Below the pieces are notes generated by a model, which searched no databases, was not told the DNA's origin, and worked only from the letters and a program-made list of their open reading frames with translations. Position numbers and translations under genes: made by a program. This document shows, piece after piece, positions 1-7,956 of a DNA stretch of 10,330 nt. The stretch's first letter is position 1. The number at the start of each line of letters is the position of its first letter. This stretch comes from a virus: UHGV virus genome UHGV-1624697; one strand, written 5' to 3'.

Positions 1-30
1 CGTGGGCTCGGAGATGTGTATAAGAGACAG
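1..30 (+). other. Synthetic sequence: Illumina Nextera read-2 adapter tail ending in the 19-bp Tn5 mosaic end (AGATGTGTATAAGAGACAG at 12-30)
   Basis: Positions 1-30 (CGTGGGCTCGGAGATGTGTATAAGAGACAG) match the 3' 30 nt of the Nextera transposase read-2 adapter as I recall it. It sits at the extreme window edge with no IS50/Tn5 interior following. Confidence 0.9.
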
Positions 31-605
31 TGGCAGATGCGAAATTATTTATTGGCGGTACGCCGAACCCGAACTACCCGAACTGTAATGGCGCGTATGA
101 GTTTGCTGAACCTCATGCGCGTCGTATCGCGTTCGAATATGCGAACGGGTATTTCACGCTGGGCTGGCCGTTGCAACCATCCGAAAAGAATTACCAGTTT
201 CAGGAACTGATGAATGCAGAAACCGGATTGAACGACCACATCATGATGTATGTTGTACCGGAACAGCATTTACTGACTGGTGTTCTGTTTGAAGTACTGG
301 AAGGTGATGCGCGTATGGCAGGTGCAGCATTACGTCCAAGTGGCATGTTGTATGACCATACGACGAAGCAATACACACCTGATACGGTGCTGGATAAGTT
401 GTTTACCAATACGGCAATTACTGCGCCATTTGAGAAGTATGGGCATCTGGCAGAGCCGTATTATGTGCCGAAGGGTAAAACCCTTGTGTTGACGCTGCGG
501 GTAAACGCGGTGCCGACTGATAAGGATGTGAAGCTGTATACCACAACCGCGAAGGCACAATTGGTAGCTAAGGTTCAGGGCTTCGACGTCCCGACCGAAG
601 TATAA
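30..605 (+). CDS. 5'-truncated CDS, hypothetical structural protein (possibly a capsid-type protein; function not recognised)
   Basis: Open frame from the adapter junction to TAA at 603-605. The track's GTG start at 30 lies in adapter sequence and the in-frame codon before it is a stop inside the adapter, so the real N-terminus is missing. Capsid guess rests only on position at the head of a virion-like operon and the downstream hairpin. Confidence 0.65.
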   Translation: MADAKLFIGGTPNPNYPNCNGAYEFAEPHARRIAFEYANGYFTLGWPLQPSEKNYQFQELMNAETGLNDHIMMYVVPEQHLLTGVLFEVLEGDARMAGAALRPSGMLYDHTTKQYTPDTVLDKLFTNTAITAPFEKYGHLAEPYYVPKGKTLVLTLRVNAVPTDKDVKLYTTTAKAQLVAKVQGFDVPTEV

Positions 606-611
606 GCGTCC

Positions 612-651
612 CGGCGGGTGGCGGCCTTATCCCCGCCGCTGCCTGCCATTT
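612..651 (+). terminator. GC-rich hairpin (7-bp all-GC stem CGGCGGG / CCCGCCG, 13-nt loop) with a distal TTTT; possible attenuator or RNA stability element
   Basis: Inverted repeat 612-618 / 632-638 read directly from the sequence, in the only real intergenic gap of the window (606-663). The T-tract (648-651) is 9 nt beyond the stem, so this is not a canonical intrinsic terminator. Confidence 0.3.
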
Positions 652-663
652 TCGGAGCATATT

Positions 664-879
664 ATGAAAAAGATTGGTTTGAACGGTGATGCCACGAAAA
701 CGCCTAAAGGTAAGCCATCCACTAAACTGAAAGCAGGTAAGCTGGCGCATGGTGGTAAAGGCCGTGATGCATCTGCGATTACGAAGCTGAAAGCCGGTAA
801 GCTGGGGTCCACATCCAAAGGTCGTGGTCCAGAGGCCATTACTAAACTTCGTGCTCCTAAAGGTAAGGTAGGAATCTGA
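664..879 (+). CDS. Small lysine-rich basic protein (71 aa) made of ~20-aa tandem repeats (TKLKAGKL...); possible DNA-binding, internal or decoration protein
   Basis: ATG 664 preceded by GGAG at 653-656; stop TGA 877-879. Protein is about 18% Lys plus Gly-rich, with in-frame repeat units at 721-780, 781-840 and a partial unit at 841-876. Confidence 0.6.
   Translation: MKKIGLNGDATKTPKGKPSTKLKAGKLAHGGKGRDASAITKLKAGKLGSTSKGRGPEAITKLRAPKGKVGI
721..876 (+). repeat. In-frame tandem repeat, ~60-nt unit, about 2.6 copies (a degenerate extra partial unit may lie at about 694-720)
   Basis: Unit 1 (721-780) encodes TKLKAGKLAHGGKGRDASAI, unit 2 (781-840) encodes TKLKAGKLGSTSKGRGPEAI, unit 3 (841-876) encodes TKLRAPKGKVGI. 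Units are diverged at the nucleotide level but clearly related. Confidence 0.75.
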
Positions 880-880
880 T

Positions 881-1504
881 ATGGTTACAGCAGTTACACA
901 TGACGAAGCGGATATCCGTAATGAAGGTATCCTGGCAGAGCGTCAGGCTGAACTGGATACCCTGGCGACGAAGATGCCGAAGCCAATTCCAGGCCGTCCT
1001 CCATATCTGATGGAGAAAGCAACCGGGATTATTCATCCGTTCTCTGATGGACTGGCACAGCGTTCTGACCTTGTGGTGGCATGTTATAACCTGCAAGGGT
1101 CCATGAACCCCGCTGATGCAAATCCTGATTATGATCCGCAGGGTATTACCATCGCCGAAGAACGCCAGCGTCGTCTGCGTGATTTACCGCCGGGGAATGT
1201 GGCGGAGATGAAGGCGTCACTGTCTGACGAGATTGCTGCTATTCGCGCGAAAATGCTGGAAGAGATTGAACTGGAACGCCAGGCAATGCGTGATGATATG
1301 GCTGTTGAGTACGAGTCATTTAAAAAAGAACTGGCGGCGATGCGTGGCGATGTTACAACGGCGAAGGCAGCAAAGAAAAAAGATAAGAGCAAGGCATCTG
1401 AGAAAGCAGTATCAGAACCGGAGACACCAGTTACTGATGCAGCGATTACCGGAACCGGGGAAACCTTTGACACAGCACTGGATAACGCGTTGAAGGATAG
1501 CTGA
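881..1504 (+). CDS. Hypothetical acidic protein (207 aa) with helical/coiled-coil-like central region and Lys-rich segment; possible assembly/scaffold-like or internal virion protein
   Basis: ATG 881 one nt after the upstream stop, with AGGTAGGA upstream; stop TGA 1502-1504. Composition Glu/Asp/Ala/Arg/Lys-rich with heptad-like stretch EIAAIRAKMLEEIELERQAMRDD. Function is inference. Confidence 0.7.
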   Translation: MVTAVTHDEADIRNEGILAERQAELDTLATKMPKPIPGRPPYLMEKATGIIHPFSDGLAQRSDLVVACYNLQGSMNPADANPDYDPQGITIAEERQRRLRDLPPGNVAEMKASLSDEIAAIRAKMLEEIELERQAMRDDMAVEYESFKKELAAMRGDVTTAKAAKKKDKSKASEKAVSEPETPVTDAAITGTGETFDTALDNALKDS

Positions 1505-2196
1505 TGATTACACAGGCACTGGTATTAAGTATATCCGGTGACCTGAATGACAATGAAGACGGCTACCACAATCAGACGTGGAGCGAGCAGCAAATCCGGG
1601 AGTGGGTCGCAGAAGGGGTTAACCTGGTATTCGACAAACGCCCGGATTTGTTTATGGAGAAAAAGGTTATTCCTGTGACTCCATGCAGCGTCATTCAGGA
1701 CACATGCGATTGCGGCGCTATCCGTCGCGTGCTTGGGCACGCCACGAAGGATGGCCGGTTATTGTCGGTAATGCGCAAACAGGGACTGGAGTCCAGCCTC
1801 CAGTGGCGTGGCACGTCGTGTCGTCGGGCAACGGGTAAGTACAAGCCAACCAGTTATGCACTGGATGCGATGACGGATGCATTGTATGTGTGGCCGGAAA
1901 TGCCACCCCATGAAGAGGCGTATATTCTGGTTGAGTGCGCAGTGCGCCCTGATGCGGACAGTATTCAGAGTGAAGTCGACGACGCATATGTGACTGCGGT
2001 TAAGCAGTGGGTGTTATGGCGTGCCAGAAGTATTGATGCGGAAGTCTCGCCAGCGGCTGGGAATGCTGCACAGATGCACTATAAAGCGTTCTTCGACGTG
2101 CTGGGCGTGGCGGAGAAAGCGACGGTTGTATGGCATAGGAGCGAGAAGGATGCCAGTGAACCAAAGGGGTGGCGTAATGCAAACGGTAGTATTTGA
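1504..2196 (+). CDS. Hypothetical protein (230 aa), virion/morphogenesis operon member
   Basis: ATG 1504 overlaps the upstream stop (TGATG), with AAGGA 7 nt upstream; stop TGA 2194-2196. No motif recognised. Confidence 0.7.
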   Translation: MITQALVLSISGDLNDNEDGYHNQTWSEQQIREWVAEGVNLVFDKRPDLFMEKKVIPVTPCSVIQDTCDCGAIRRVLGHATKDGRLLSVMRKQGLESSLQWRGTSCRRATGKYKPTSYALDAMTDALYVWPEMPPHEEAYILVECAVRPDADSIQSEVDDAYVTAVKQWVLWRARSIDAEVSPAAGNAAQMHYKAFFDVLGVAEKATVVWHRSEKDASEPKGWRNANGSI

Positions 2197-2815
2197 AGCA
2201 TATCCGAAGGTGCCGCTTGATGCGTTCCTGCCGGAGCTGTCTCTGGAGATACCGGAGTTGTCAGATGATATTCTGGCACATTATGTCCGTAATGCCGCGA
2301 TTGAGTTTGCGGAACGGTCACTTGCACTACAACGGGAGATTACGATATGCCTACAGTCATGTGTGCCGGATTACATTCTGGAAGCGCCGGACTGTATGCG
2401 TATCGTGTCACTGCATAAGGTGAAGAAAAACGGCGACCGTGCTTATGCGGATTGCGCAGGCTTCTGTCAGTTTGATGACCTGCATGTGGTCTGGAAGCAG
2501 CCGAACGAGCTATGGGTGAAGCCTGTACCCGTTGAGCCGCAGGATATCACTGTGATTGTGTCGGTGGCACCACATCATGACGCGTGCGAACTGGATGAGA
2601 TATTACTGACGCGCTACAAAGAAGCAGTCCTGGCTGGCGCGCGTGCACAACTGTATGGGTTACAAAGACGTCCGTGGACGAGCCTGGTATCGGCTACAGC
2701 GCAGCGAAAAGAGTTCGATCGACGGATTGCCGCAGCGGGAACTGACAGGTTGTTACAGGGCCGCACAGGACGCGTACGGATGCAGACGGTTTTTAACGGG
2801 AGACGGACACGATGA
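2177..2815 (+). CDS. Hypothetical protein (212 aa)
   Basis: Preferred start ATG 2177 (MQTVVFEAYP...) has AAAGGGG 7 nt upstream and overlaps the previous gene by 20 nt. The track's 2021 start would overlap the upstream gene by 176 nt and lacks an RBS. Stop TGA 2813-2815. Confidence 0.7.
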   Translation: MQTVVFEAYPKVPLDAFLPELSLEIPELSDDILAHYVRNAAIEFAERSLALQREITICLQSCVPDYILEAPDCMRIVSLHKVKKNGDRAYADCAGFCQFDDLHVVWKQPNELWVKPVPVEPQDITVIVSVAPHHDACELDEILLTRYKEAVLAGARAQLYGLQRRPWTSLVSATAQRKEFDRRIAAAGTDRLLQGRTGRVRMQTVFNGRRTR

Positions 2816-4083
2816 ATAAATGCCGCAAGACACCGAAGAATGCGCGATGTGCACCTGAGCCTGTGGAGGCTGTGCCACCGCTATGTGACCCGTTCAGTGT
2901 GTGTCTGTCGTTCGGACGTACGCTGTCGTACGATGGCGCGTGCGTAAGGCTGAACGGACAACCTGTTATCCCGGATGGCTGGTACGGCGAGGTGCATGTT
3001 GTCAACGGTTGTATCGTTGATGCGCGGGAAGCCCCGGTGCCGCTGTATACCCCGCCGCCGTGTGCCCCGGCAGCGACTCCATGTGGCGAGGGTGGCGGTG
3101 AAGGCGGCGTTACGTTGTCACCTGATGCAGCTAACCTGAGTCGGCTTATCGGTAATCAACTGATGACGAAGTTGTATCTGGGGCAGAATGAGGGCGTCAC
3201 TGTCACGGGTGATGGCACGCAGAATAACCCGCTAACAATTCGTCTAGTCGCCGGAGATGGCGACGGTATTTTCATGACGTCTGGTTCGCCGGATGCACTG
3301 ACTATTTCGGGTAGTGGTGAACAGGCAGACCCATTTATCCTGAAACTGACTAACAGTCCGTTAGGTGCAGGGACGTTCGGGGCACTGGAACTGGACAGTC
3401 TTGGCAGAGTTGTCGGGTATAATGAGGATGCCGGGGGTGACGCCCTGCGGCAGCTTATCGATGGTAACGGTACTAAGGGTGTCACTGTCGGGCCGGGTGT
3501 TGGCCGTATAGACCTGGAAGAAGTGGAGGGCGTTAAGGGTAGTTACACAATGGGTGGCTACTCGTTATCTGTGGATGATACCGGACGTGTGGAGGGTGTG
3601 AAGCGCGGCATCACACTGACTGCTGGCACATACACGCTGGGTAATTACAGAGTGACGATTAATGCCTATGGGTCCATCACTAAGCTGGAGAAGGTTACTG
3701 TTCCGGTAGAGCCGAATGTGTTTGTCGCGCAATACGCAGCAGGAGAGCCAAGTCAGGCTGCTGTGATGAGTTTCACCACGGAAGTACCTGGTCGGCTGCA
3801 TATTGAGTATATCGGGTATCTCGGAACGGCCACCGCACAGACACCGGGACTGGCAGAGAATGTTACAGGAACAGCTATCGCAGTGGACGGGAGTGATGTG
3901 CCGCGTGTACTGACCACGCTGATGCCGTCGGGAACGCCGGGAACGATGGTCAGCACCGGAGTACGTGGTATCACACCAGGCATTATCCCGGCAGGGCCGC
4001 ATACCGTTGCGGTGCGTGGACCGGAGATTATGGGGCAACATGCCGCAATTCTTAAGTGTACGGTGGTCGGGGTCGGCACATGA
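2812..4083 (+). CDS. Hypothetical virion protein (423 aa): Cys-rich N-terminus (8 Cys in the first ~91 aa) followed by a Gly/Thr/Val-rich beta-rich region; candidate fibre/spike or receptor-binding protein
   Basis: ATG 2812 overlaps the upstream stop (ATGA); stop TGA 4081-4083. Composition and repeated G-x-G/GDG stretches resemble fibre/spike proteins; this is inference, not homology. Confidence 0.75.
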   Translation: MNKCRKTPKNARCAPEPVEAVPPLCDPFSVCLSFGRTLSYDGACVRLNGQPVIPDGWYGEVHVVNGCIVDAREAPVPLYTPPPCAPAATPCGEGGGEGGVTLSPDAANLSRLIGNQLMTKLYLGQNEGVTVTGDGTQNNPLTIRLVAGDGDGIFMTSGSPDALTISGSGEQADPFILKLTNSPLGAGTFGALELDSLGRVVGYNEDAGGDALRQLIDGNGTKGVTVGPGVGRIDLEEVEGVKGSYTMGGYSLSVDDTGRVEGVKRGITLTAGTYTLGNYRVTINAYGSITKLEKVTVPVEPNVFVAQYAAGEPSQAAVMSFTTEVPGRLHIEYIGYLGTATAQTPGLAENVTGTAIAVDGSDVPRVLTTLMPSGTPGTMVSTGVRGITPGIIPAGPHTVAVRGPEIMGQHAAILKCTVVGVGT

Positions 4084-5702
4084 TACTGAAAGGGTTTAAG
4101 GGCATATCACCACGTACGCCGGAGCATATGCTTGGCGAAGGTATGGCGACGGTGGCCCGTGATGTGAATTTGCAGCATGGGACGCTTCGGCCGTGGCGGG
4201 AGCCGCGCTTTGTCACGCAGCTACCGGACACAACACTGACGGTTGAAGCGTATGGTTGTTGTTATTTCGCGTGGGATAGTTGCGTCTCTGTCGCACGATG
4301 GCTGCCGGATGTGCCACGGTTGTACCTGACAGGACGTTCGCCATATCCGGAAGTGGCTGCCATTGGTAAAGACTGTACACTGGACTATGCCAGACTTGGC
4401 GTGCCAGCGCCAGATACCACACCGCTGGTCGCATACATTACGGTACCGGATAAGAATATTGAGACGGCATTCAGGACGTATGTGTTCACGTATGTGAACT
4501 GGTTGTCGGAAGAGAGTGCGCCCAGTTATCCTGGTACAGAACTGGCGGTTAATGACGGGCAGTCTGTGACGGTGTCTGGCTGGGAGGCGCAGCCTGCGGA
4601 ATACCGGGTGCAGAAGGTCCGTATCTACCGGAGGACGACGGGGTTGCGGTCCGGTGCCGAGGAAGAGCAGAATATCATCACGGAATACCTGCTGGTTGAC
4701 GAGATTGATATCACGCAGAAGACCTATGTGGATACCCGTAAGGATATGGACCTGGGCTGGCAGTTACCGACACGTGAGGTCCGGGAGCCTCCTGCGGGGC
4801 TACGGGGGATTCTGGCAATTGACGGTACGTCCGTACTGGCAGGTTTTGTCGGGAACCGTCTGTTGTTCACGAAGAACGGACAGCCGTGGAACTGGCCGCT
4901 GGCGCTTGAGATGACGCTGGATGACAACATCGTTCATATTGCGCAGGATGACGGTAACCTGTTTGTATCCACCACGGGGCGGTCATATGTGGTGGACGCG
5001 TCACTGGTCTGCGATGAGCGCCCGTGTCGTTCCGTGGTACAGGCGGATTATCCGATGCCGGACATAGGATGCGGCTATGCGCATTCCGCAATTATGACGC
5101 CGTTCGGTATGGTATATGCCAGCACCGATGGTCTGGTACTGCTGAACCAGTCGCAGCCTACCCGGCTTCTGACAGAAGGTGTTCTTGCCGCTGATGACTG
5201 GATTAAGCTGCGACCGGAAACCACACGACTGGCATACTATAAGGGTTATCTGTTTTGCGTGACAGATGCAGTGTCGTTTATGTTATTGCTGGACACGCAG
5301 TCATACAGTGTTGCGGCACAGGTTGCTGCAATGAGCACGTTCTCGGATACGCCAGTGGATATGGTGCTTAGTGATTCCGGTGAATTACTGATGCTGGATG
5401 ACGAGGGCAAACTACACCAGTGGAATGCCGGGGATAAACTACGACCATATCTGTGGGTCAGCGGGGTTATCATGACAGGCTTTCAGAGCTGGTTACCTGT
5501 GGCACAGATAGGTGTGGATGGCACGGTTACATACACGATTAAGTCGGGGCCGTATAAAGTGTATTCGCGTCCTGTCGCGCACAACCGTCCGTTCCGCACA
5601 CGGCGATTAATGCGCAATACAGAACACCGCATTATCCTGGAAGGCACGGGCGAGGTACGCTGGTTGCGGCTGGGTGCGACGATGCAGGAAGCGGTTAAGT
5701 GA
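4080..5702 (+). CDS. Hypothetical large virion protein (540 aa)
   Basis: Preferred start ATG 4080 overlaps the upstream stop (ATGA, MILKGFKG...); the track's 4056 start is an upstream extension. Stop TGA 5700-5702. Longest ORF in the window; no motif recognised. Confidence 0.75.
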   Translation: MILKGFKGISPRTPEHMLGEGMATVARDVNLQHGTLRPWREPRFVTQLPDTTLTVEAYGCCYFAWDSCVSVARWLPDVPRLYLTGRSPYPEVAAIGKDCTLDYARLGVPAPDTTPLVAYITVPDKNIETAFRTYVFTYVNWLSEESAPSYPGTELAVNDGQSVTVSGWEAQPAEYRVQKVRIYRRTTGLRSGAEEEQNIITEYLLVDEIDITQKTYVDTRKDMDLGWQLPTREVREPPAGLRGILAIDGTSVLAGFVGNRLLFTKNGQPWNWPLALEMTLDDNIVHIAQDDGNLFVSTTGRSYVVDASLVCDERPCRSVVQADYPMPDIGCGYAHSAIMTPFGMVYASTDGLVLLNQSQPTRLLTEGVLAADDWIKLRPETTRLAYYKGYLFCVTDAVSFMLLLDTQSYSVAAQVAAMSTFSDTPVDMVLSDSGELLMLDDEGKLHQWNAGDKLRPYLWVSGVIMTGFQSWLPVAQIGVDGTVTYTIKSGPYKVYSRPVAHNRPFRTRRLMRNTEHRIILEGTGEVRWLRLGATMQEAVK

Positions 5703-5706
5703 GGGG

Positions 5707-6162
5707 ATGATGGCAAGTTGTAAGATTATGCAGTATCCGAAGACTGCGGATGAGATGGAGCGGTTTTTCACGAAAGTGATTGGTCCGTTACTGGTGCGGC
5801 ACTGGTCGGAGGAAGACCAGCGCACCGGGCAGCCACACGGTTTGGATGTTCCGGCGTTCCTTGCAGCATGGGAGCAGCGGGGTGTTATGGTTATTATGGC
5901 GTTTGAAGGCGACACGCCTGTGGGCTTTATGTTCGTTTACGTGTTCCGTCCGTTGTTTCTGGCGGGTACAGTAATGCAGGTTGAGCGCTGGCACGCAGAG
6001 CATGATGGCGTGGATAAGGAGATGTTTGACTATCTGTCTGCGATAGCGCCAGCGATGGGCATTAACCACATTCATGCGATAGCCTGTGACGCGCGCCCTG
6101 TACCGGAGGGCATTGAGACAGATGCCGCAGACAGTTATCAGATGGTGAAACTGGTGGTGTGA
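5707..6162 (+). CDS. Hypothetical protein (151 aa)
   Basis: Preferred start ATG 5707 (or 5710), immediately after the upstream stop, with AAGTGAGGGG upstream; the track's 5674 start overlaps the previous gene. Stop TGA 6160-6162. No motif recognised. Confidence 0.6.
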   Translation: MMASCKIMQYPKTADEMERFFTKVIGPLLVRHWSEEDQRTGQPHGLDVPAFLAAWEQRGVMVIMAFEGDTPVGFMFVYVFRPLFLAGTVMQVERWHAEHDGVDKEMFDYLSAIAPAMGINHIHAIACDARPVPEGIETDAADSYQMVKLVV

Positions 6163-6163
6163 T

Positions 6164-6979
6164 ATGGCAGACGAAGAAGAACTCGCACCGGAAGGTGAAG
6201 AAGGCGCAGAGGGCGAAGAAGAGGTTGCGGCAAGCGAGCCGGGAAAAGGTGTGACTGATGACGGCCTCACATGGTCTGCGCGCATTGCGCAGATAGCTGC
6301 TATTGCCGTGGCGGTCATTAACACTAAGGCCGCCATTGATATCGCTAAAAAGCAGGAGAAGATGGCGAAGAAGTACCTGCAAATGGCGAAGGAGCGGCAG
6401 CAGTATTACTACGACGTCTATGTGCCTTGCGAGAATACAGAGATTCAGGAAGCCTGTAGTGCTGAACTGTATGAGATGCACAAGGATGTACAGGTCGGTC
6501 GTGCGAAGGCATCGGTGCGGCATGAACTGACCGGGAAGACGGAACGTGAGTTGCAGTGTATCAGCCGTTACTGTACAGGTAAGCGCGCTGCAATTGTCCG
6601 TGACCGTGAAGTGGAAGAGGCTACGGCGCTGGCGTTGTCTGCGAACTTTGCACGCAGGTATGAAGAGAAGATTAAGGATGCCCGTGACGATACCCGCTGG
6701 GCACGACGGGCAGAAGCCCTGAATCGCGGTCGTGACATTATGGCACGGGCACAGACGTTCAGTGGTTTCGCTATGGGTATGTTCGGGCGTCTCGGGGAGC
6801 AGGCAGCGAATGCCGCAGCGGGGGCAATGGGGTATCTCGGATATTCAATGGAGCGTCGGGAAATGCAGCCACGTGAGCCGTTGAAACGTCCGCAGCGTAT
6901 GGGTATCTCGTATCCGTTACCGTCGCCGGAACTGGAGGTGATACCGCCGAAACCGCAACCTGTTAAAGTTCTTGGCTAA
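6164..6979 (+). CDS. Hypothetical protein (271 aa), paralog A of a tandem pair; highly acidic Glu-rich N-terminus, amphipathic hydrophobic segment, conserved PCE...EACSA and NFARRYEE...RDD.RW.RR...LNRGR blocks
   Basis: ATG 6164 one nt after the upstream stop; stop TAA 6977-6979. By-eye alignment with the next ORF shows several colinear conserved blocks. Confidence 0.8.
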   Translation: MADEEELAPEGEEGAEGEEEVAASEPGKGVTDDGLTWSARIAQIAAIAVAVINTKAAIDIAKKQEKMAKKYLQMAKERQQYYYDVYVPCENTEIQEACSAELYEMHKDVQVGRAKASVRHELTGKTERELQCISRYCTGKRAAIVRDREVEEATALALSANFARRYEEKIKDARDDTRWARRAEALNRGRDIMARAQTFSGFAMGMFGRLGEQAANAAAGAMGYLGYSMERREMQPREPLKRPQRMGISYPLPSPELEVIPPKPQPVKVLG

Positions 6980-6993
6980 GGGAGCGCGACATT

Positions 6994-7953
6994 ATGGCCG
7001 CATGTGCTATGGCGATGGGTAACTGGGATACCGGGATGGTGAAGTCTCAGGAAGTGAAAACGGAATCCATTGAAAAGATTGAGAACTTCCTGGGTATGTC
7101 GAAGAAGAACGGTGGCGAGGATGGCTTCTGGCCCGAGCCGCAGGTCACTGATACCGGGGTAAAAAGTAATGCCAAATGGGCGCGACTTGCGGCAGTTGCT
7201 GTTGCCACGTTTAACACGCTGGCGATGATTGATATTGCCGAAAAACAGCTTGGCATTGCGGAAGACTATTACAAGATGGCACGCCGGGACTGGGACCGTT
7301 TCAGGGAAATCTTCGAACCCTGCGAGCGAAAGGAAGTTGCGGAAGCGTGCAGCGCGCCACTGTATGACCCGAAACATGACCAGCAGGCGGCAGATTATAT
7401 GAACGAGGTTGACCGCACGTTTGGCATGGCAGAACGACGCATTCATGACCTGTACGGACGGTATGGCATATGTCCTGACCCGTCGCTCAATCGTGATGTG
7501 GCGCTGGCGCGGTCACAGGTGGCGGGTGATTCCGGTAACTTCGCATACCGCTATGAAGAGGGGCGTCAGATTGCGCGTGATGATGTTCGCTGGAATCGTC
7601 GACAGCAGGTGCTGAACCGTGGGCGAAACATCCCGACAGATGCTGTCCGGTATGCAGAGGCAGCAGCGGATGCATTTAACAATCAGGGCAAGATGTTAGG
7701 TAATGCCGCACAGGGTGCGATGAAGGCGTTGGGGTATTTTTCAACACGTAATGAGACACGGTATCCGCAGGGGCGGCGTGACCGCCGGAACAGCCCGTAT
7801 CTGGTCGGGCAGCCAGAGAATGGCGTGTTTGGTTTTATTAGTTCTTCACCTGCATATATCGGCGGTGGCGGGGGGATGGAGTCGGTCTGGTATACAGGGC
7901 ATGATTCCATCGGTAGTAATATCGGGTCGCAGAATCCGGGTACGGGGGTGTGA
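6994..7953 (+). CDS. Hypothetical protein (319 aa), paralog B of the tandem pair, with a Gly/Ser-rich C-terminal tail
   Basis: ATG 6994 with AAGGGAG 8 nt upstream; stop TGA 7951-7953. Shares VTD.G, AA.AVA..NT.A.IDIA.KQ, PCE..E..EACSA.LY, NFAYRYEE...ARDDVRW.RR...LNRGR and GNAA.GAM..LGY blocks with the preceding ORF. Confidence 0.8.
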   Translation: MAACAMAMGNWDTGMVKSQEVKTESIEKIENFLGMSKKNGGEDGFWPEPQVTDTGVKSNAKWARLAAVAVATFNTLAMIDIAEKQLGIAEDYYKMARRDWDRFREIFEPCERKEVAEACSAPLYDPKHDQQAADYMNEVDRTFGMAERRIHDLYGRYGICPDPSLNRDVALARSQVAGDSGNFAYRYEEGRQIARDDVRWNRRQQVLNRGRNIPTDAVRYAEAAADAFNNQGKMLGNAAQGAMKALGYFSTRNETRYPQGRRDRRNSPYLVGQPENGVFGFISSSPAYIGGGGGMESVWYTGHDSIGSNIGSQNPGTGV

Positions 7954-7956
7954 TAA

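Noticed and set aside
1-30. Genuine Tn5/IS50 transposon end (mobile element insertion)
   Set aside because: The 11 nt upstream of the mosaic end match the Nextera read-2 adapter rather than transposon interior, and the element sits exactly at the contig edge. Library adapter is the simpler explanation.
16-210. Plus-strand 64-aa ORF starting at 16
   Set aside because: Its start lies inside adapter sequence and it is out of frame with the long ORF that continues to 605.
721-876. CRISPR-like repeat array
   Set aside because: The repeats are contiguous with no spacers, diverged, in frame, and encode a repeated peptide. This is a coding tandem repeat.
2021-2176. Upstream extended starts of track ORFs (2021, and likewise 4056, 5674, 9082)
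   Set aside because: Each extension overlaps the preceding gene extensively and lacks an RBS, whereas an internal ATG sits at or just after the upstream stop with a Shine-Dalgarno-like sequence. For 9112 the spacing to the SEGT motif also matches lambda R.
5707-6162. Acetyltransferase (GNAT-like) assignment for the 151-aa protein
   Set aside because: I could not find the acetyl-CoA binding R/Q-x-x-G-x-G/A motif; a vague compositional resemblance is not enough to call.
5788-6336. Minus-strand ORFs of 150-180 aa (5788-6336, 6062-6523, 6976-7446, 3565-4041, 1129-1473)
   Set aside because: All lie fully antisense to longer plus-strand ORFs that form a coherent operon. Their compositions are Ser/Arg/His/Cys-rich, typical of antisense shadow frames (for example a Ser-run opposite the Glu-rich GAA tract), and none has a convincing RBS.
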